Assembly: GCA_047495785.1 (NCBI GenBank)
Contig: JBLDXI010000055.1
Span: 310,001 to 374,000, forward strand
Direction of reading: 5' to 3'
Length of the DNA: 64,000 bases
From: Lepidodermella squamata
Taxonomy: Eukaryota; Animalia; Gastrotricha
In this document: one piece after another, positions 52,621 through 64,000 of the stretch
Numbering within the stretch: position 1 is the stretch's first letter
How the letters are laid out: each line of letters begins with the position of its first letter
Notes under the pieces: generated by a model
The model's input: the letters and a program-made list of their open reading frames with translations, nothing else
What the model was told of the DNA's origin: nothing
The model's database searches: none
Position numbers and translations under genes: made by a program

Positions 52621-54085
52621 ATGTCGCTATCTAGGTCTTTGACTCTGTTAAAATGCATTTCACCCTTGCGTTTCGCCGTCGGATTTCGGCATATAGTTCG
52701 AGCCGTAACGGCTGAAGACCTAACGAAACAAGCAGACCGGACAATCAACCAGCCTTTCAAGGACAGCGACAATACCGTAGAGGACTTATGCTCTCTCTTG
52801 GCACGGTCGTCGGTTGAGAGTCGAATTGCACTGATACGACATTTAGCAAAGAACCATGGCGTGAAAATGCCTCAACTCAGGCAAGTAGCTGGCAGTTTGA
52901 CTTACATGCAGTCATCCAGTGCAGCAAATGACATCGCCATCGCGAAGCGTATTAGTGACGCAGGTCTGCCCGCATTTAAATATGCCTTCGAAAAAATAGC
53001 TCGAAATATGGAAGGCATTAAATCTTTGGTCGAACTTAGAGCAATTCTGCTGGAGAAGCTGTTGAACTCGAAGGACGAGGCTTATGTTAGCGACCCGGAT
53101 GAATCTGCGCAGCTCCAATTTATGCAGAATATTTTAAGGGAATTGTTTTTGCTATGGTTCTCTCCTGCCCTATTACAACTTCAGCGTCTGTCGTGGGATT
53201 CGACACCGGCCAGTCTAATGGAATCCGTGGCGCTGTCCCCCGCTGTTCATCCTGTTACAAGTTGGCAAGACATGAAAAGACGCCTCCATGATACTGATCG
53301 CCGATGCTTTGTATTCACTCATCCTTCACTCTCGCCTCAATACCCCGTGATTATTTTATACGTTGCGCTTATGCCGTCTATCCCTTCGCACATGAGCGAC
53401 ATTTTAGAAATGCCTTATCAATCGGAGCACAGATCAGATAATCACAATGCAGCTATCTTCTACAGTATTACTTCGCAAAATAAGGGTCTTAACGGCATCG
53501 ATCTGGGCCACAGTCTAATTCGGCGTGTTATGGGTGTTTTGCGAAGTGAATCCCCCGAACTGACGCAATTCTCGACACTCTCACCCATTCCGCGATTCTT
53601 GTATTGGCTGGGGCGCAACGTGAATGAAGTCAGGCCTCACGAGGCGGCGCAGTTTCCAATATTGGGGGACTCAAAATGCACCACAAGTATTCCTGGTTTT
53701 ATGAACAAGATCGTCGAGAATCCTTCCGCGCAGGAGTCGGAAGAGTTCAAAAAAATTATGTTGCGACTGACTGCTCGTTACCTTTTTGAAGCCAGACATC
53801 GCGGATTTGCGATAGGTTTGTCTCGCCTTCGGTCAGCTTTTCGGTCATATTTAGCATTTTATCATTTTTTTTATAGATCCAGTTGCTCACTTCCATTTGA
53901 GAAACGGGGCGGAAATATACCGTATAAACTGGCTCGGTGATCTTTCTCCCAAGGGTATTCAGCAATCTGCGTCAATTATGGTAAATTATCGTTATTGGCC
54001 CGAACGACTGGACAAAAATGCTCACGCCTATGCCGTCGATCGGAAAATCGCGATTTCCAAAGATGTGGAAAATCTGCTGAATTGA
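52621..54085 (+). CDS. MLYCD: Malonyl-CoA decarboxylase
   Basis: AVHPV.SW.DMKRRL, RRCFVFTHP, AIFYSIT, GIDLG, FSTLSPIP, DPVAHFHLRNGA, MVNYRY. Confidence 0.93.
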
Positions 54086-54198
54086 TTGCCCTCCATTCGA
54101 CTTTCTGTTTTTGATAATACTTGTATACCTATTATTGATTAATTTATCGATTCTTCCGTTGTTTACTATTCAATATTCTCCATATAGTTGTTTCAACG

Positions 54199-55122
54199 AT
54201 GTATTTGAAAAGCTTGGCCAATGCTTTTAATTATGGTCTAGCGGCAAATGTATTAGTTTTGCCGCGTCGCTTGGCCAACACTGTTCCGGATGTTGTTATT
54301 GATCGCCATCGTAAAAGCCGCTTGTCAAATTGGAAAGAGCCAGCCGAAGCACCGGCAGAAACGCTTGATACTACTCTGGACAGAAGTCGCGACCTCTACC
54401 CCGAGTTTTTACCTAACATTGCCTGGTACCGACGTGATAAGATCAAGGAAAAGTTGGAACGATCAGACATGCTCAAACGTCGTTCGGCCATTCAAATTCC
54501 TGAATTTTACGTCGGTTCAGTGTTGAAGGTTACATCCTCGAACCAACATGCTCAAGGCAAACAGACTGTTTTTGTTGGCATATGTATCCAGCGCCAAGGT
54601 TATGGCTTGCAACATTCTTTCACGCTTCGTAATGTTGTCGATGGCATGGGTGTTGAAATAATGTATCACATGTACAATCCAACTATTCAAAAAATTGAGG
54701 TTTTGAAGCTTGAACGGCGTTTGGACAAGGATTTGTCGTATTTGCGCGATGCCCCACCCGAGCATAGCACTTTCCCGTTTGAGATGGAACCAGTGATTTT
54801 ACCGAAGGGTAGTGCAGTTCCTCTGAACACTATCAAAGTCAAACTGAACAGCCCTCCGTGGTTTCGTCGATGGGAATTACTTGATATAAAAGGCGCTGAA
54901 ATTCCGGCAATTCGTGAACCGCGTGAGAAACGCGCTGAAATTTTCAGAAAACAGCGCGAAATTGAGAAGCACGATTTGATGAAGAAGTACCGTGAATCGG
55001 TCAAGGACGACGAAGCTATGTCTATTTTGCGCGAAGTCCGGTCGGCTGATCGTAAAATTATAAGTCAATCGAAAACTGTATCATCCTCTGGTGCCTCGAC
55101 GGCTGAGCCGCCGAAAAAATGA
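54199..55122 (+). CDS. MRPL19: Mitochondrial ribosomal protein bL19m
   Basis: LERSDMLKRR, IPEFYVGS, FVGICIQR, FTLRNVVDG, SYLRDAPPE. Confidence 0.95.
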   Translation: MYLKSLANAFNYGLAANVLVLPRRLANTVPDVVIDRHRKSRLSNWKEPAEAPAETLDTTLDRSRDLYPEFLPNIAWYRRDKIKEKLERSDMLKRRSAIQIPEFYVGSVLKVTSSNQHAQGKQTVFVGICIQRQGYGLQHSFTLRNVVDGMGVEIMYHMYNPTIQKIEVLKLERRLDKDLSYLRDAPPEHSTFPFEMEPVILPKGSAVPLNTIKVKLNSPPWFRRWELLDIKGAEIPAIREPREKRAEIFRKQREIEKHDLMKKYRESVKDDEAMSILREVRSADRKIISQSKTVSSSGASTAEPPKK

Positions 55123-55212
55123 ATTTTATATGCACAATGAAAATGAAAAAATATTAAGATACAACTGAAATTTATTAAATGAAATAGATCGTTGTTATAA
55201 ATAAGCATCGAA

Positions 55213-56211
55213 ATGGCTATGGATCTTACGATTAAGATGGGCGGTAAGAAACCGGACGTCAAGCTTTCCCTGGACCCGTCCACAACTATCTCAGAGCTGC
55301 GCCAGGCCCTGTATCGAGGCGAGCATGTCAAGGTTAACCCGAACCGCCAAGCTTTCCGCATCGAACAACGAGGCCCGCTTCTCGGCGAAGACTTGACCCT
55401 GGAAAAAGCGTGCCCTGAAGGAACTCTTTACTTCAAAGATCTTGGACCTCAGGTTTGTTCTCTTATGGTTTCCGCCTTACAATTTCTATTTTGTGCTTCA
55501 ATTTTTATGAATTTTTGGATAATTTTATGTTTTCCGCAGGTTGGATGGACGACCGTTTTCTTGACGGAGTACGCTGGTCCGCTGATTATTTACCTCATCT
55601 TTTACTTCCGCCCTCCCCTCATTTACGGCCCTGTAAATCGACTCGACACTAAGCACCCTGTTGTCCATGTTGCCGCTGCTTGCTGGACCTTCCATTACGC
55701 AAAGCGGCTGCTCGAAACGATTTTCATTCACCGTTTCTCGCACGCCACTATGCCATGGCGTAATATCCTCAAGAACTGCGGTTATTACTGGGGCTTTACC
55801 GCTGCAGTTGCTTACTTCGTCAACCACCCGCTGTACACCCCACCCTCTTTCGGCCAGAACCAGTTTTTGGTCGGTCTTGCTCTGTTCGTTCTTTGCGAAA
55901 TCGGCAACTTCTCGATCCATTTGGCGCTCCGTGATCTTCGCCCTGCCGGGTCGAAGAAGCGCGCTATTCCATACCCGCGCAAGAACCCCTTCACCTGGAT
56001 GTTCGCCTACGTCTCCTGCCCGAATTACACGTATGAAGTTGGCGCTTGGGTCGGTTTCATGATCATGACCCAAACAGTCACCGCCGCTCTTTTCGCCTTT
56101 GCCGGTTTCTACCAAATGGCTGTCTGGGCCATTGGCAAACACCGCAATTACAAAAAGGAGTTCAAGGAATACCCCAAGGGCCGCAAAGCCATCGTCCCGT
56201 TCTTCCTGTGA
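55213..56211 (+). CDS. TECR: Very-long-chain trans-2-enoyl-CoA reductase
   Basis: LYFKDLGPQ|VGWTTVFLTEYAGP, HRFSHATMP, VSCPNYTYE. A stop-free 87-nt intron (55453-55539) is read through in the ORF track. Confidence 0.95.
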   Translation: MAMDLTIKMGGKKPDVKLSLDPSTTISELRQALYRGEHVKVNPNRQAFRIEQRGPLLGEDLTLEKACPEGTLYFKDLGPQVCSLMVSALQFLFCASIFMNFWIILCFPQVGWTTVFLTEYAGPLIIYLIFYFRPPLIYGPVNRLDTKHPVVHVAAACWTFHYAKRLLETIFIHRFSHATMPWRNILKNCGYYWGFTAAVAYFVNHPLYTPPSFGQNQFLVGLALFVLCEIGNFSIHLALRDLRPAGSKKRAIPYPRKNPFTWMFAYVSCPNYTYEVGAWVGFMIMTQTVTAALFAFAGFYQMAVWAIGKHRNYKKEFKEYPKGRKAIVPFFL

Positions 56212-56613
56212 GGAACAACCACGCAATGAAAAGTATTGGAAATAAATCGACTGCGCAATTTTCTATCCACAGCCTTTCGTTCATGCCGGTATTTGTCTAG
56301 CTAGTTGTGATCTGGTAACGTATAGACGCAGTCACGATTTATGCAAACTTTGCCAATATTCCTAAGAAATGATTGCCTAGCAATTTACTTACATCAAAGT
56401 ATGAAGGCTCATGAAGTAATCGATTTGTTCGTTGTGCTCTATCGTAATATTGTAATTATATTGTTTTTGGCTGTGCATGAGGCTATTAACAGTTTGTGCA
56501 TCACTTTAAGGTGGCTATGAAGAGATTCCAATGAGGTGGCGAGAACTGAAAAATTATGTTGTATGTATTATTGTAAAACTGACTTATTCTTTTTAGAATT
56601 TAGTTTTTTGTAA

Positions 56614-61344
<4,731 letters not shown>

Positions 61345-62231
61345 TAATAATAATTATGAACTAAATAAAGACTAGGTGTTTGATGTCTCTTCGTTTTGTA
61401 CTAATTAAAACCGTCGATATTCGGCTGCTGAGGGATGATGGGTTTTTGACTGTCCACCTTATAACCAGCGCATCGTTTAATCTCATCGCGCTTGTTTTAT
61501 ATGTGAATTTTTACCTGCTCGTGTAGCCTGTGAGAGAATTCGGTGAATCTACTTACTTGAGTCGCTATAAATTGATGTTGTGATACTGCTACTACTCGTT
61601 TAAAAGTTGTCATGTCACATGCTTTTTTTTCGTTGGAGCCGGTAATCATGACGGTGAAATTCTAAAATGTTGTAGAAATAATTCTCGTGATGTACAGAAA
61701 CAACACTTTTTGCCTTGTTTTGACTTGAGAAGAGCATATTATGCATTTCTTTGCGTTTCGTTCATCATCGCTTATTCTCGGTGTCTTACTCTCCTCTTCG
61801 TTCCTGAAAATTATTTCATTGGTTGTGTCTCTTAAATTCAACAACATAATTGATACAAACGTATGGAGAGAAAAAATCATGTCGGTGCTCACTCTTGCGT
61901 ATCCAAATTATTTGCTGGCCCCTTTATTTGTTTTCAAGTTGAATATAATTATTCCGATGAAATTTGAAGCTTATTTCGAACAAAGACTTTTGTTGTAAAA
62001 TTAACGTTGTGTCCGTTGACCGTCGTTTTCGACTTTTTCTCTGTTGGTATGATATAACAGTACCCATTGTTGTTCTGCTCCAACGAGTAGCAAATTGTAA
62101 GGAAACGCGTTGCTATTTCCGGCTAGAATTAGAGACATCAGTCAAAGATAATAAAGAAAATCGTTCAGAAGTTCATATCATAAATTGAGTCTTTTTCAAT
62201 ATAGTTTTTATGATTTTAAATTTTATGTTTT

Positions 62232-63409
62232 ATGGACGACTCTGAATATGAGGAATCTATTGAGGACCAAAGTAGCGATGAGGAGGGTGTAGAATCTCTC
62301 GCCTGCCCGCACCCAGGTTGCGACCGAGTGCTATCTCGGCCTGATCGATTACGCAACCACCTTAAACTTCATTCCGGCGAGAAGCCGTTCGTTTGTGACA
62401 AGGAAGGCTGTTCGTCGTCCTACCTCACAGAGCGGGCTTTAAAGCGGCACCAAAAGGAGAAACATGAAAACGAAATTGAGATGGACGCATTCGGGAATTT
62501 TATACCAAAGATTCCGAAGCTATTTGCTTGTTCCTATGACGGCTGCTCAGCAACCTATGCTCATGAACAGAGTGTTGCTCGACATATTCGTTTAGCTCAT
62601 CTCCGACCTCCTAAATACACTCCAGTTTGTTTTCAGGGCAATTTTTCATTTTTAATTTACTGTATCTTTTTTTACAGTGTACAGTTTGTGGCCAAAAATT
62701 TAAGAAGCAAAGCAAGCTAAAAGAACACATGTACTTGCATACCGGCGAAAAAGCTTTCCCGTAAGTTTTTTTTTAATGCAGGAAGGAAACCATAAAATGA
62801 CTCGATCCATGTGAAGATGTGAGCATCCTGGCTGCGACAAAGCGTTTTCGAGGCTAAGTCATCGGAAGTTGCATCAAAAAACGCACGAGGGATATAAGTG
62901 CAGCGAGTGCGATGCGAGGCTCAACTCCTGGTCAGACCTCGTGGCTCACAAGAAAGAAACTCATTCGAAGAAAAAAAGTTCGAGAAAATATGAAAATATT
63001 TGATTTTTAAGTTGGATTTTTGTTGTTTCTTTTTTCAGATCGAGAGAAAGTCTTCTCTTGTAGTGAACCTGGCTGCGATCGATCCTATACGAGAGCTAAA
63101 TACTTGAATCAGCACATTGCTCGATTCCACAAAGGCGAACGTGAGACGTGTCCGAAATGCGAGCGGTTGTTTTCAACGAAGCAAAAATTAGCGATGCATG
63201 TCTCGAAATATCACGAGGGCGATAATCCGCCGCCTCTGCCGCCGTTACGCCAGCGCCCTAGCAAAAAACCACGCCCGGCCAAGTTGACGCCTGAAGAAAA
63301 ACTCCAACGGACCCATGAGCGGCTCGCTTTACGGCTGAGTGGCGTTCGCAAAGCGCCTGATCAGGAAGTGCTTGTCGAGCCTTCAAGTCAAGTTCGCGAA
63401 GTGCAATAA
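62232..63409 (+). CDS. GTF3A: Transcription factor IIIA-like C2H2 zinc-finger protein (8 fingers)
   Basis: Four exons. CxxxGC fingers, TFIIIA-type short HEGYKC linker and Trp in finger 6 (LNSWSDL). Confidence 0.7.
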
Positions 63410-63608
63410 TAATAAAACGCGAGAAAGAGAGAGAGAGGAAAGTCATTACCGCGTGTTGTTGTTGTTTTGTTTTTCATGCTATTTTTTTCGCTGTAAATAA
63501 TCGATCGACTTTTGACAATTGTTACTTGCCGTTTAAAGTTTTAGACTTATATTGTTATTTTATTTGCTTGTTTACGCGCCGAAAATCGTTCGCGCGGACT
63601 AATACGAC

Positions 63609-64000
63609 ATGAATTTGAAGGAATCGAAAGATAAATTGGCGACGGCGCTTGGTGATGACATGAAAACGTGAGTGCGTTGCCGTTGTTGTCCGTAGTATAA
63701 TAACGCCTTTGCCTCGCGCGCACTCCCTAATGGCAGCTGCTGCGTGAAATAATGAGAAAATCAATCAATTTTGATTGTTATTTTTTTGAATTGTTGTTTC
63801 ATCTTGAATTTTCCCAGCTATTTGGAGTATCTGAAGCTGTGGTTTCGCCAGAAAGTTACCCGCGATGAGTTTGAATCAAGGACGCGCCGTCTTTTGAAGC
63901 ACCAACATTTGCGTATGTTAATATATTTCCGGGAAAAAAACGAGAAAAAATTGAAGATATATTCTTAGTACGACTTCACAATGAGTTCATACTGGACTTG
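63609..64000 (+). CDS. TADA1: SAGA subunit TADA1 (3'-truncated)
   Basis: MNLKESKDKLATALGDDMKT|YLEYLKLWFRQKVTRDEFE...RLHNEFIL. Confidence 0.85.

Noticed and set aside
55525-56226. 233-aa antisense ORF over TECR, and similar antisense ORFs over hnRNP Q and the SDRs
   Set aside because: By-products of codon bias in real genes.

Overview
Gene-dense, compact animal (invertebrate-like) genomic DNA. Most introns are ~45-65 nt GT-AG and intergenic gaps are often only 90-200 nt. The window holds about 25 protein genes: a membrane protein, an HTH/NB-ARC/ankyrin gene, an intronless Cys-loop channel, a GT91-like enzyme, a polyamine oxidase, an ankyrin protein, AMN1, TNPO3, RPF2, TSG101, a thaumatin-like protein, hnRNP Q/R, CDC42SE, a six-copy SDR array with one pseudogene, ABCB7, PAXBP1/GCFC2, MLYCD, MRPL19, TECR, Scm, TFIIIA and TADA1. 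It also holds a duplicated tRNAiMet/tRNAThr/7SL cassette, four copies of one intronic C/D snoRNA, and MITEs. The most striking result is at the Polycomb Scm locus. Two intron-nested, ATG-initiated ORFs, an HTH+AT-hook domain and a FAR1/WRKY-GCM1-like Zn finger (both transposase-type DNA-binding folds), each end in a GT donor giving a ~60-nt in-frame intron onto the downstream SLED/SAM exons. This predicts Scm isoforms in which the MBT reader is swapped for DNA-binding modules. All gene names come from recalled motifs, not database searches.
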